DNA of 64,000 bases from Narcine bancroftii (GCF_036971445.1 NC_091477.1:110856001-110920000); one strand, 5' to 3'. Shown: positions 38,845 through 51,570, counted from the stretch's first letter. Notes: generated by a model from the sequence alone, not told the origin. Translations and numbers: made by a program.

Positions 38845-38850
38845 AGTGTC

Positions 38851-39023
38851 ATGGCGTCGCTGGTAGGGTGCCGCAACGTTTTCCATGGGTTCCGGCAAGC
38901 ATGTTCCGTGAGGCAGACCATCCTGTTCACTCAAACGAGGGAGAAGAAACGGTGGATGAGGTCCTACGAGCTGCTGATGGAAAGGAAAAGGAAGATAGAA
39001 GGTCCTCCTCCGCCCAAACCCCG
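38851..39023 (+). CDS. MRPL44: Mitochondrial ribosomal protein mL44, exon 1
   Basis: MASLVGCRNVFHGFRQACSVRQTILFTQTREKKRWMRSYELLMERKRKIEGPPPPKP(R): presequence-like N-terminus, donor CG|gtgtgt. Confidence 0.92.
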
Positions 39024-39515
39024 GTGTGTTTGAGGGAGAACGTTTGGCCTTGGTTCCTTCCCCAGGTGAACCGATCAGGAGGCCCTGGGATGGGAAAGCG
39101 CTTTTAATCCGTCCCGCTGTGACGGGATCTGTCTTGGCAGGTCATGATGTAGAAATAAAATCCGTTTAAGTGAAACTAAGAAACTGCAGAGTGCAAAAAA
39201 AAACCCGAGGGAAGTTATTTATTGTAGTAGTATTGGGCATGGTGTAAATCCCTAAATGATCATGAGAAATTATCATTAGACAGTAAGCCTCGCAGGCAAG
39301 CTTGCTGGACGTGAAAGTTACCACCCTGTTAGGGAGCTGAATAGGAAATGAGCTGGGATATTATCTTACAGCTGTACAAGATGTTGATGAGACGACACTT
39401 GTGGACAGTTTTGGTTACAAATCTGTAAGAAGGGTTGATTAAACTCGGGAAGGTGCAGAAAAGATTCAAAGGGCGAATGCTGAGATTGGAGGGCTTTGAG
39501 ATAAGATAGCCTGTT

Positions 39516-39683
39516 GGGAAGGAAATTCTTAACCTCAGGTGAGGGGAAGGAAATTCTTATCCTCAGGTGAGGGGAAGGAAATTCTTATCCTCAGGTGAGG
39601 GGAAGGAAATTCTTATCCTCAGGTGAGGGGAAGGAAATTCTTATCCTCAGGTGAGGGGAAGGAAATTCTTATCCTCAGGTGAG
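39516..39683 (+). repeat. 6 x 28-bp tandem repeat within a decayed CR1 fragment in MRPL44 intron 1
   Basis: Unit GGGAAGGAAATTCTTATCCTCAGGTGAG; AAATTCTT recurs at 39523, 39551, 39579, 39607, 39635 and 39663. Confidence 0.95.
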
Positions 39684-41508
39684 AAGGGGTCTAAGATTTT
39701 CATATAGGGTCATGGGTATGTGGAACAGGAAGTGGTAATGGGGATTACATTTGAAATGTTTGGATAGAGAAAGTTTTGTGGGGATATTAGCCAAAGGCAG
39801 ATGAATGAGACTTGGCAACTTGACCTGCATGGACGAGTTTGGATGATGGGTGTTCTGGGTTTGAAAGTGATGTCACAAAACCAAATTAGTGAATCAGATC
39901 AAAGATATGAGGGGTGAGGTTTAAAAAATGGAAGTGTAGACAAAGTGTTGAGAAGGGAACTGCCTCTGTAAAACACTGAAAGGGTAGGAGGTGTGTCTGA
40001 TGGTCAAATCTCATGAAGATGGCAGAAATTGCAAATAATCAACTGTTGAATGGTGAGATACCAGGGTATCTCCAACTTTGGTTTGTCCCAGAGGAAAGAT
40101 GTGGCAAATAGAGGTGTGGAACATGGATGAGATGCAATCAAGGACTTTATTAACAATGGTAAAAGGGGAGCCATAGTTGAGGAAGAAGGAAGTCATTTCA
40201 GAAGCCCCTGTAACATTGGTATGAGGAGTGAGTTAAGAATGAGAGGGGATCTCTCATTTTCACTATAATGGAGTGTCCCTTGTCCAACCATCATTGATGT
40301 GGATGGCCTGTTCTTCAGTTAAGGTTCAGAATATTCTTAATGCTTCTGCTTCTTTTCTGGTATTTTAAGCTTTTAGTTATTTGCAGTGTGGTTTGTCATC
40401 TACTTTTGGAAACAACTCTTTGAAATATTTTAGGTATCTGTTATATATTCTGAATGGAAGTGATTGAAATTGTGACTCATTCAAGGTAAGGTATCAGACA
40501 AGTAATGAGACATATTAAACAATAAATGAGTGTCGAGGTATAGTTGTTTGCAATCAGTAGACCCAAGTTCCTGTCCATGATTCTTATCATCAAATAAAAT
40601 AAAGATTAAATGCTTGTGTTTAGATTCTTCAAGACCTCCCATTGTGAATTAAGGGTTCAGGCTCGAAATGTCGACCACTCCTGAAGAAATTCTCAGTTCC
40701 GAAACTTTAATTGTCTTTCACTTCCTGTAGATATGGCCATGTCCTGCTGAGTTTCTCCAGCACTTTTGTATACTGCACTCAACCAAGCAAATTGTATATT
40801 TCGTTGCTGACTTCTTGAATGTTTGTAATTGTTTAGAATGATTCAGCAGTTGGGGTCATAAAATGTAATGTAAATGTATACAATTGCTAGAAAATTATTG
40901 TGTACCCAATAATTTTGTAATCGTCCTATTAAGGTGTTAAAACCACCGAGTCAGAGAACATCAGTTGTACTTCAAAGATTTGGATGTTCATATCACTTTT
41001 TAAAAAAATATTTATATATTTTTAAAATTTTAATAATGTTTTTTCAGTGTATAATTATATTTATTATTATTTCTGTGAATAATAATGATCCATTAATGCA
41101 GCCAATTGATGTATTGAACCATGGAGTGGTGAGGTGTGATTCCCGTGTCTCGTTCTCAGTTTGCTTGAGTGAATGTAAATATCAAATAAGGGTAAAGGAT
41201 AACACAGTGAAGTTGTCAGAAACTTGGCTACATGCACAGTATCCTGTGCCATAGAAAGCTTTACAAAATGTACCCTTTGCAGTTGATGGAGTTGTGATTG
41301 AACAAAAGCACCAGAAGAGACATTAGGGTGTTGTTTGAATTGAAAACTGGACAGTGATAATGCTAGAAAGTTTGAGATGGAATTCGAGATAGGTTATTCA
41401 AATACAATAACATAAATATATTTTCAATATATGTTATCAAATAAAGATGATTTTGTAACAGGAAAAATGATCCAATGAATGGAATCTAAAAATGTTTTGT
41501 TGAATTAG

Positions 41509-41977
41509 ATCGCAGCAGCCAAACTGGGACTATCATGCTGAAGTAGAGGCCTTTGGTCATCGTCTTCTTGAGAACTTCAACCTGGATCTTCTCAAAACAG
41601 CCTTCATTAATCCCTGTTACATTACTTTTGAGGAAGCACGGCGGCACGATCTTCAACTTGACAAGGAGAACATCAAATTGAATCTTAAAGACAATCAGGA
41701 TTTATCCAAGACAGGCCTGATGTTTGTCACCACTTATCTCCAGGACTGTTTGAGTCATGCCTATTCAAATTTGCCTGATGACGGTATTAAGGCACTTATT
41801 AGTCATGTCACAGGGTCACAAGTTGTGTGCCATGTTGCCAGAAACTTGGCTGTGGAAGACTTGATACTAAGTGCAGAATTTCCTATACCACAAGAGGTTT
41901 TACAAAATACATTTTTTGCTGTTGTTGGAGCTTTGATTGAAAGCAGTGGAACTGAAAAAGCCAACTTATTTATCCGG
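41509..41977 (+). CDS. MRPL44: MRPL44 exon 2 (RNase III-like domain)
   Basis: ttag|A...CGG|gtaagc. [37 protein letters not shown]...[13 protein letters not shown]...TFFAVVGAL. Confidence 0.96.
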
Positions 41978-42609
41978 GTAAGCAATTGGGTTGGTTTGGG
42001 GAATGAATGTGTCATGGCTTGGCTTCACGAACAAAGATTTGGGAAGGATCATAGACTTGGGCATGTCATTTGAGCCTGAACAATGGATTTTAGGTGTGCA
42101 GTAGCAGTACTGGCCTCACCCTTTACACCTGGGGTTTATATGCCATGGCCTAGCAAGCTGGGATGATGACATCCATGTCCCCAGGTTGTAGGTGTTACGT
42201 CAGAGTGACCTAGATGGATGGCCTGATGAGGATAACAAGCTCTGTCTGCCGGGATTGATATCAGAGTTTTACTTCCCTTAGGCTGGCTGTCAACCAAGGC
42301 TAACAACCCCAGTGTACCCATCCAGTTATACTGCCAGACACTCAGTTGCGTTATGACATAGCAAACTCTGGACACCAATGAGAAGGTGTTGCTACGGTTG
42401 CAGTAATATAGAGAGGCCATTTTCAGTGACCTCTTGCCTGGCAAGCCAGCAGCCATGTGGCTGTCACTACACCAAGAAAGGTGAATTACACATCTGCTTT
42501 CCCTGGGTGATTTAACCCGTCCCCCCCAGGGAAGGTACATGGTGTAGTGATCCAATGAATGTGTAGAAAGTAATAAAAAAGACTAATGCAGAAATAAAAC
42601 TAACAAGAC

Positions 42610-42940
42610 AAGACAATGGGAGGCATTGATAGGCTGTATAGCTAGCTCCTTTTTCCCAGGGCAGGAATAGCAAACACCAGGGGCATCTCTACAAAGTGAA
42701 GGTTTAGGGGAGACATCAGGGGTAAGTTTTTTTTTTACACAAAGAGTTGTGGGTGCCTGGAATGCTTTGCCAGGGATGGTGGTGGAGACTGAAACATTAG
42801 GGGCGTTTAACAGACTTCGAGATAGGCACATGGATGAAAGAAAAATAAAGGGTTGCAAGGTGGGAAGGGTTTAATACTTTTTCTTTGGTAGGAATATATA
42901 GGTCAGCATAACATTGATGGCCTAACGGCCTGTACTGAAA
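42610..42940 (+). mobile_element. CR1 LINE 3' fragment
   Basis: FFTQRVVGAWNALPG...FNRLRDRHMD, followed by 3' UTR. Confidence 0.8.
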
Positions 42941-43502
42941 TGATTTTTGTTCTAATAACTTATTTCCAAAACTATATCAGGTAAGCCCGCAAATATATGA
43001 TGTTGGTGTTTCTTTTGTGTTCAGCTGATGTACTCTAATCAGATACTGAAGTGGTTGCTGTTTATAAGTATGTACACAATACTCACAATACTACTACTGG
43101 AACCATCCAGTGCACTTACAGAAGGAAGCCATTCATGCTATTAGCTCCATACCTGCTCCCTGTTTCTCCCCCCCCCCCCCACCATCCCTGCTTGATTCTT
43201 CTGCAGCTGTGCAATTTATTTGCTGTCACAAGCCCATCAACATTTTTTTTTGCCATTGACTCACACTATGAGGTAATTTACAGTAGCCATTTAACTTACC
43301 AGAGCATCTATGGGATCAGGGAGAAAACTAGACACTCGCATGCTGCAATAAATCACTTTAACCTGAATCTGTGAAGCAGTGAGACAGTAACACTAACCAC
43401 TACACTGCCATGTTACCCTTTTAAAATCTGTTGGACCTTCTGATCTGCTTGAACTTTTGATGCTAAACAAAATGTACTTTCTGATTTATTGGCCTCTTCT
43501 AG

Positions 43503-43681
43503 GACTTCCTAATTACTCAACTTATTGGCAAAGATCTGTTTGAAATATGGAGTGTCATTAATCCCATGGGACTTTTGGTGGAAGAATTGAAGAAGAGAAA
43601 GGTGTCCCCTCCTGAGCCCAGACTGACCAGACAATCTGGATCTGGCACTGTACTTCCAGTATATTTTGTTGGACTATACAG
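43503..43681 (+). CDS. MRPL44: MRPL44 exon 3
   Basis: ctag|GAC...AG|gtagga. [59 protein letters not shown]. Confidence 0.96.
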
Positions 43682-45010
43682 GTAGGAGCAGAGCAGTTCT
43701 GGACTTGAAAACCTAAATATTAAGAACATAAATGCTTGGTATTTTTATTTTTATTATTTAATTTTATGTTCATACTCTTTACCGCCAACAGTGTGCATGT
43801 ACTGAAAACTAAGTCATTGACTATTACAAACTGAAGAGTTATGAAAGTTTGGTCACTGTTGACCAGTATACAATGGATGAGCCTTGACTTCAACGAAGTG
43901 GAACAGTGAGGGAGTGGAAAAGGGTGATGTGTGTTGTCAGGTCAAGATCTCACTGAATGGTGGAATATGCTTTAGTGTGGTTACTCCTGTTCCTAACCTC
44001 CTAATCTTGATCAATTGGAAGGAAGAAGGGAAGTTGGTTGTGAAAGAACCTGTTTAATGGTGAGCCTACCTTCTGGCCAAGGGGTTCTAAGATTTTGGAT
44101 TGCATCACACTAATATATTGCACAGAAACAGACTATTCTTCTTGGAATCTGAGCCATACACAATATAATTATGATGATGTGACCAGTTCAAGTTAACATT
44201 AGTTATGGCAGTCGTTCGGTGGTGATACAATTGATGAAAGCCTGATGATTTCTTGTAATTTGTTCTTTAAATGCCAAATACAGTGGCTATAAGTGCACTG
44301 TTGATGGATATTGATTTGATTGTTGGTTATTTTGAGGGTCTGGTGAGCTTGATTGTTGTGCAGGTACTTGCACTTCAAGCCAGTGCAAGTACAGTCTTTT
44401 CCAGAGGAATTTCTGAAAGAGTTGCTGCATTGAAACCAGAGAACATGATATATCAACTCCCAAATCTTTTATAGAGAGAAGTAACAAAAGTGATAGTTGA
44501 ACAGTTAAATGAGCAGTTAAATTTAGTTTGGTGCAATTAATTTTGAAATAAAAGCAGCTGACTCATGAAGAATGAGGAAAGTGTACAAAATGGATAAAGA
44601 CCATGGGAGACAAAGCTACTGCTGAATTATAATAGAGTTGGAAGAGGAGATTGACTCCTTGAAAACACATGAAAATTATTTTTTAAAAGAGTACATATTT
44701 GCTGCTTTTTGGCTGATTCAAAAAAAAATCCAAATTCTAAAATTGTCCTTAATTTCCTATAGAGATTCTGTCCAAAACTGACATATTCTTTGGACTTTCC
44801 GTGGATACATTTTAATTCTCCTGTTTTATTCAACTTGCCTGAGTAATCAGCTTTTTGCTTTCATCTGATTGAACTTGATGAATTGAATGTTTTTGAAACT
44901 GATTCCAGTTTGATAACTATTTCTCATTTGAAAGGATATGTTGTCCATTTGCCGTATTATAATGTGAACATCCTGGTGAATTGTTTTAAGTATTTGATAT
45001 CTCATTGCAG

Positions 45011-45179
45011 TGATAAGCAGCTCATTGCAGAAGGACCTGGTGAAACAGTGTTGGCTGCTGAAGAAGAGGCAGCACGAGTAGCACTGCGTAAAATTTATGG
45101 ATATACCGAAAACAGGCGGCCTTGGGATTACTTGAGCACCTCAAAGGAACCTCGTGCAGTCAAAGCTTTGAGCAGTTAA
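45011..45179 (+). CDS. MRPL44: MRPL44 exon 4 (dsRBD-like end)
   Basis: tgcag|T. DKQLIAEGPGETVLAAEEEAARVALRKIYGYTENRRPWDY...SS*. AATAAA at 45270. Confidence 0.96.
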
Positions 45180-47239
45180 ACCTCAAATTGTGTGATTCGT
45201 ATTGTTGAGTATTATTTATCTTTTTGGGACTTTAACCATGATGGAAAAACTGCAGAGTTTTGTAACTATAATAAAGTGATTCAGTTCAATTTTCAGTGTT
45301 TATTGTAAATGAATTTGTTGGAAGGCTAAAACTGTGGAGACACATAAGAGACTGTAGATGCTGGAACCTGAAGCTGAACATAATCTGTTGGAGCAACTGA
45401 ACACCAGTGGGAGGAAAAGAATATCAACCTATGATTGTGTAAAATTGTGGAGTTCTGGTAACGATTTGTTTATTGCGCACGAGCTACTACACACTGGCTT
45501 GACAGACTGAAGTCTTGGTACAATGAAAAGGAGTAACAGGATAACGGAACACCAGTCTCTGCTGTCGGATTGTGAATCTTTGGAATTTTCTACTCCAGAG
45601 AATCAAAATTTGTTGTCATGAACGAGCCATGAAATTTGATTTTTTGCGACAGCATTATAGTGCAAACATTCATATTATAACCACATTACATCATTACTAT
45701 ATATATGTGAAAAAAATAATAGTAAGGCAGTGTCTTTGGTTCATTGATTATTCAGGAATCTGATGGCACCGGGCAAGAAGCTTGTCTTTAGGCTCCTGTA
45801 CCTTTTTTCCAACGGTAACAGAGTGAAGAGGGCATGGCTGGGTGGTGAGGATCTTTGAGGATAGAGGCTGCTTTTTTAAGAGACCGCCTCATGTAGATGT
45901 CCTTGATGAAGTGAAGTCCTGGTACCTGTGATGTCGCCTTGTAGGGAGTTTGTGACTCCATTGTCACAGAGAGTTGTGACAATGGAGTCATCAATGTTTT
46001 TTCACACAGACATTGCATTCCAGGAAATTATTCCCATTTTTCCAGAATGCACGCTGTGAAAACAGGTGCCATTCCGGTTTTGATATTTTACCTCCGAAAC
46101 AACGTCAATTTCCCGGAATGCCTGCAGTCTAAAGTGAATTGCAGGCATTCAGGGACCAACTCGGGTCAGAGTGTATTGTGTACCTTAATTTTCTTGGTAT
46201 GGTCACAATATTTTTATTGCTGCCTGCTCTCTCCTGTGGTCCGCTGCCTGCTTTCCTCCAGTATACTCTGTCCCTGCGATCCACTGCCTGCTCTCTCCCA
46301 CACCCCACTGTCCTGTTCTGCCCCAACAATCCGCTGCCTGGTCTCTGTTGTTTAGCCTAATCAGAACCCCCAACCATAGCCCTAACCCTATCCCAAATCC
46401 AACATCTAACCCTAAGGTGTGAATATAAAGTCACGCACTCTGTAGACTTACCCCAGGGCACAGGGTAATGAAAGCAAAACGTGGCAGTCTATAATGGCAC
46501 AGAACCTCAGCGAGACCATTGAATACAAGAGGGATGATTATCCTACTGCCCATATGACAAACCAACCCTAGATTTGACATTGGATCTGCCAAATTGTGAG
46601 GGCAATCACAAAGCATTATTCCCATGCTCCTTTATGAATTGTGTGTGTATGTCTATTTTTTGCCGCGCTTTCTCATTTTGTGAGCTTTGTTCCCACGCTT
46701 TTTATTGTCTTTTAATTAAGGTAACATTTGATAGTAACCAGTGTGGGGACTGACAGCATTTCTGTTGGCGTTACTCACCATTATCACCCTAATTTCATCC
46801 TGGCATATAAAATGTGGGGGGGGGGGGATATTTTTGAGCCATTTTTTGGGAAAAACATGGGTCTCTAAAACGCTGTCAAATACAGTATGCTATACTGACA
46901 TTAGAGGTAGACGCCGATGCTGTTGAGTTACAAGTCCCACCTTTTTTGTTCGCAGAATGTGGTATGCTGTCTAAAATTGCAGACAAATGGAGATTTGCAG
47001 TTTTGGTCATTCCTGTGTGAACAACCAATGCCGAGATGTTGGACACTCTTCAGAATGGTAAAATCATGCAAAGTCTAAGTAAAAAACATAATTAAATATA
47101 GTAAGGTGGAAATTGTCAGACCTAACTACAAGGAAGTGAAAAAAGTGTGAGGAAGTAGTGTTGAGGCTAAAATAGGATCAGTATGATTTTATTAAATGAT
47201 TTATGGATCTAGTTGGCTAACTCATACTTTGGTTTCTGT

Positions 47240-47920
47240 AAGATTCCTTTATTGTCATGTAATAGTACAGAACATGTACTATTACATGAAATTCCCTTCT
47301 GCCTCGAGTCACCATGAGTAGCCCGGTGCCCGTTACAGTAAGAGAGAAAGAGAAGTACAAGAGATTCCCTTCAGAGTGTCTGTGAATTCGCCTCTAGTGC
47401 TCCTGCAGCTGTACAGACTTCTGTTCGATACATCAGCAACCCGACCACCGGATCCAAACCTCCGACATGATCGGTAAGCCCTTAGCACCAATTCCTAGTT
47501 CCCATCAGCCAGCCCATGATGCGAGTTCTTCGACTACGTCGCCTGCAGCCTGTGTGAGTCCCTCAGTCGCTGATCTGCTGATGTATTCACCAATCTTGTT
47601 GGGTTTTCTCCTCTGTTTCATCTCAAGAGAGGGGTGGTTCTCCCCATTTTTGGTGCCCTGCTCCAGTCTGCTTCTCGCCTGGAGTATGCAACCTTTCACA
47701 GCTGCTGCTGAGCATAGGTGCCACCATCTTGGGCATAGATCTCACAGTTGTAGGATTTCACTTACAAACACTGGCTACTTTAATGGGCCACTTAAAGCAT
47801 GTATGGAGACACTGGCATTAGGACTAGGTGGTTGAACCCTTTGGAGTAATGCTTTGTCTCCACTCTTCTGGGTCTACTCCAGTGACAGTGCTACGGCTTC
47901 AGCAGGCTCTGCCAGCACCA
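47240..47920 (-). repeat. Interspersed repeat related to 17565-18255
   Basis: Collinear shared blocks; TTTATTGTCAT end like a LINE 3' tail. Confidence 0.65.
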
Positions 47921-48269
47921 CCATTGAAACCATGCATACATCTAAACACATAGAAATGTGACTTTTTTTGTGAAACATTTCTAGGTGCATGGAGAATTCC
48001 TCCGCAATCAGTGTTTGAAGCCAGCGCAATGATTGTGAGATAATCTATTGTAATTGATGTTAGATTACTACTCATTTGGAATTTGAAGGACCAATACTTG
48101 AGCATCAAACCTAAATCCTAAAATGTAGCTCCATTCTGTCGACTTTGCAACTAGGGGAGAGGGTACCTTGGATCTGGTCTATGCAGATGTCCCTGAGTGT
48201 AAAAGGCTCCCCATCCTGGATACTCAGAACTGCTAATCCTTGTATACTGACCACTGGTAAACAAGTCAA

Positions 48270-49175
48270 ACCAATTCATAAGAGAGATTAAGTCCTAAAG
48301 CCACTGCAGAATTGCTTTGAATCCGGGGACTGGAGTGCATTCATATCTACAATGAACCCTAGAATGACTACATCAACATTGACAATATACAGCCACAGTG
48401 ATGATTCACCATCAAATGTATTGAGGATGTCTTGGTGGTCAAGCACCACACAGCCAAGGCAAATCAAAATCCATGGCTAGACACAGAGGTTCATGCAACA
48501 CTCTGAGCTCATGGCTGCTTTTGGGTCTGGAGACAAGATTGCATTAAGATCAGCAAGGGCTGAACCGTCCTGTGCAATCAGGAAGGCAAACACACAGAGA
48601 ATCCACAGATACCCATCTAACACCAGCAACATGAGACACAAGTGGCAGGATATTCAATCAATCACTGACTAAGTCGCCTTGTAGGTCAGTGACAATGATG
48701 CCTCCCTTCCTGACAGGTTGAGCACCTTTACAGATGGTTTGATGAGAAAAACAAGATGGTATCAAATAAAGCCTCATGTTCTCCCTGAAGAACAGACACC
48801 CTGCATAGCCACTGCTGAGGTAAAGAGGATCCTGTCCAGGGTGAACCCACAAAAAAGCAGCAGGACTAGATAATATACTTAGGTGCTGAAGGTCAGTGCA
48901 GCCCAGCTGACTGAGGCCATAACAGACATTGACAACAAACTGCAGCAGTCCACTGTCCCCACAGGTTTCAAGGCAGCCAGAATGATCTTGGTGTCCAAAA
49001 GGGACAGTAACTGGAGAATGACTACCGCTCAGTGGCACTGACGTTTACGATCATGAAGTGCTTTGACCAGCTGGTGATGGACTGTATCAAAGCTCACCTC
49101 GCAGTGACAATGGACCCATTCCAGTTTGCCAACCTTCTAGACCGGTCCACAGATGATTCAATAGCCTTGACCCTC
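48270..49175 (+). mobile_element. Decayed Rex1/Babar-clade LINE (RT N-terminal part)
   Basis: CFESGDWSAF, RVNPQK.AG.D, VPTGFKAARMILVSK, DYRSVALTFTIMKCFDQLV, DPFQFA and RSTDDSI motifs. 3' fragments of similar elements near 1500-1810, 45600-45940, 56035-56610, 59420-59900 and 62820-63320. Confidence 0.85.
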
Positions 49176-51299
49176 AGAAGACCATCGGTCATTCATTAGG
49201 ATTCTAAATTATTCCCTTAAAAGCCCTTCCCATGGCTTGTAAATTTCCACCCATCTACGATTTTTCTAGTAAATTGGGTCCCTATTTTTTGACATTGAGC
49301 TACTACTTAATTAAGGTAAATCCACTTATAGATAATATGCCGCTTCAAATAACAGGAGGGCTAAAAATGAATGTCTTGATCTTTGTTCAAAGATAACAGG
49401 GAAACTGTCTAGAAAGTTTATTATCCTTTCACCCAGTATGCTTTGAAAAACGGGATAAGAATTAATAAGGCATTTAATAATATTCAGCACCATGAATGCC
49501 AATAGAATGCAGCCTGAGACAATCTGAATGTACAAGTCTCCAAAACTATATGTTTGTATTCCTGGTTTCTGACAATTGGAAATCAGATGTGTTTATGCAC
49601 ATCCAATGAAGGGATGCCTTAAAATGATAACTACACATTTTCCCCACAAAATAATTTTATTTTGAAAAGATTACTCGAATAGTTAAAATACAGCTCTGCT
49701 GGCCAGGAAATTCACATGATGTCATTAAACTAAAAAGGATCCAAAGATTCACGTGAATGTTACAGGAACTGGAGGGCTTGAGTTAGGAGGAGGGCTGGAT
49801 AGGCTAGGACTTTTTTTTTTAACCTTGGCATACAGGAAGTTGAGGGGCGACCTTGTAGAGATGTACAAAATCATAAGGAGCATTGAAGTTTGCAGCATGG
49901 AAACATGCCCTTCACCCTATCTTGTTCATTCCAACCAAGTTATCAACATTAAATGTGATTTTTTAAACCATTTGCCTGTGTTTGGCCAATATCCCTCGAA
50001 ACCTTTCCTCTCCATGCACCTGTCTAAATCTCTTCTAAGCATTCTTGTTGAATAGCTGTAGTCTTTTACCCAGTGTAGGAGAATCTTAAAACTATAGGTT
50101 TATGGGGGGGTTGTGGGGGTGATTTGAAAGGGACCTGAAGGGTGTTTGACCAGGGTGTTCAGAAATTATCTACCAGTGGAGATGTTTACAATAAATGACA
50201 TTTAAAAGACTTCTGGACAGTTCATGAATGGGAAAGGTTGAGAACTGCGAGTGTCCGATTAGCTCAGATGTGCAACTTATTAACTTGTTAAATATGGGTT
50301 TAGTTATGATTATGAAAGATCATATCATTAAATTAGACAGAATTTACCCTTTGGTTAGATCAAGGGATGGTCTAATGTATTTTCTAGCCAGAATTATTTT
50401 AAAGAAATATTGTTAAATAAACAAATATGGATGTTTTCAATTTATATTAATTTGCGATATGTATGTGACATGACCTGTTATTTGTTTTATTAGTTCACTT
50501 TGTATGTAGGATTTATATGTTAAACTCAATAAAAATATTTTAAAAAGAAAGATGTGCAACTTAAGTTGGAGTGGAGCATCTGGGTCAAAGAGCTTGTTTC
50601 AAAGCTCTAACTAATTCACCCATGACAAAATTAGAAGGAACACTCTGTGGAATAATTTTTGTTTCATTCTGCTATTCTCTGAAGCTTCAACGGGTGGCAG
50701 AATGATAATCATCCCAATATCGAAGCATTGCTGTCCCATAAAAACCTCTCATCATCCTGTTTTTTTTTAGCAGACCTTTAAAATATGTTCCTTGAATGTA
50801 TTTTGCCATGACAATGTTTAACTACAAGTAGTAAACCTTTGATTTCAGCATGAAATATAGTGGCAGCAAAGGTCATTTTCAAGCTGCAACCATGCCAAAT
50901 TTTGGACAATGTTACCTTGAAAATGTTTTTGCTCATAATAACCTAAACTTTTAACTGATTAATGGAACCCACCAGCTTAAATAAAAGAGCATTTTCTGTC
51001 ATATTGATGTCCAATCTGCCACCATCTTTGCAGAGATCCTGACCATGAGGAAGTATTTGAAGTTAGTGAATAATATATCGAGCTTGATTTTCTTCTACCA
51101 AACTTGAATGTTGTTATTGATATTTATTTATATCAGAGGCCATTAGTCTTTTTACCCCCTCCATAAATCTTCGTCCGCGAAGCCAAGCCAAAGAAGAAGT
51201 CTTGCAAGTACAGCCTTGACGCTTTGAACTATCAGTTCAGCTTGCCTGCAGAGGTGTTATTGTGTTCATTCTCATCAGAATCACCATAATCTCCACTGT

Positions 51300-51570
51300 A
51301 AAGGTATGACATTCCACCCTAATTCATTCTCCATCTGCTACATGATGTGTATGCCTATCATAGACCCAATCCCAGTGGAGACTAGAAACGAGCAAGGCTG
51401 CATCAGTGCTCCAACCTTCTTCTCAATCTTTCTTGCCATAATGTTAGACTTGCTTCACATGTGCTTCCCATTATATTAAACTATGGAATAAATTTCAATC
51501 TGTTCACCTTTTCCAGCCTTCATTTCAGAACCAAGGTCACTCCAAGCTCAGTCATTAAGCTTCAGTGGGT
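51300..51570 (+). mobile_element. Old RTE LINE RT fragment
   Basis: DPIPVETRNEQGCISAPTFFSIFLA resembles the RTE motif GVKQGCVLAPTLFSIF. Confidence 0.6.

Noticed and set aside
38012-39107. Long overlapping ORFs (337, 191, 179 aa and minus-strand ORFs) as genes
   Set aside because: They are by-products of a stop-poor 40-bp repeat that is open in several frames. Only 38851-39023 is conserved coding sequence.
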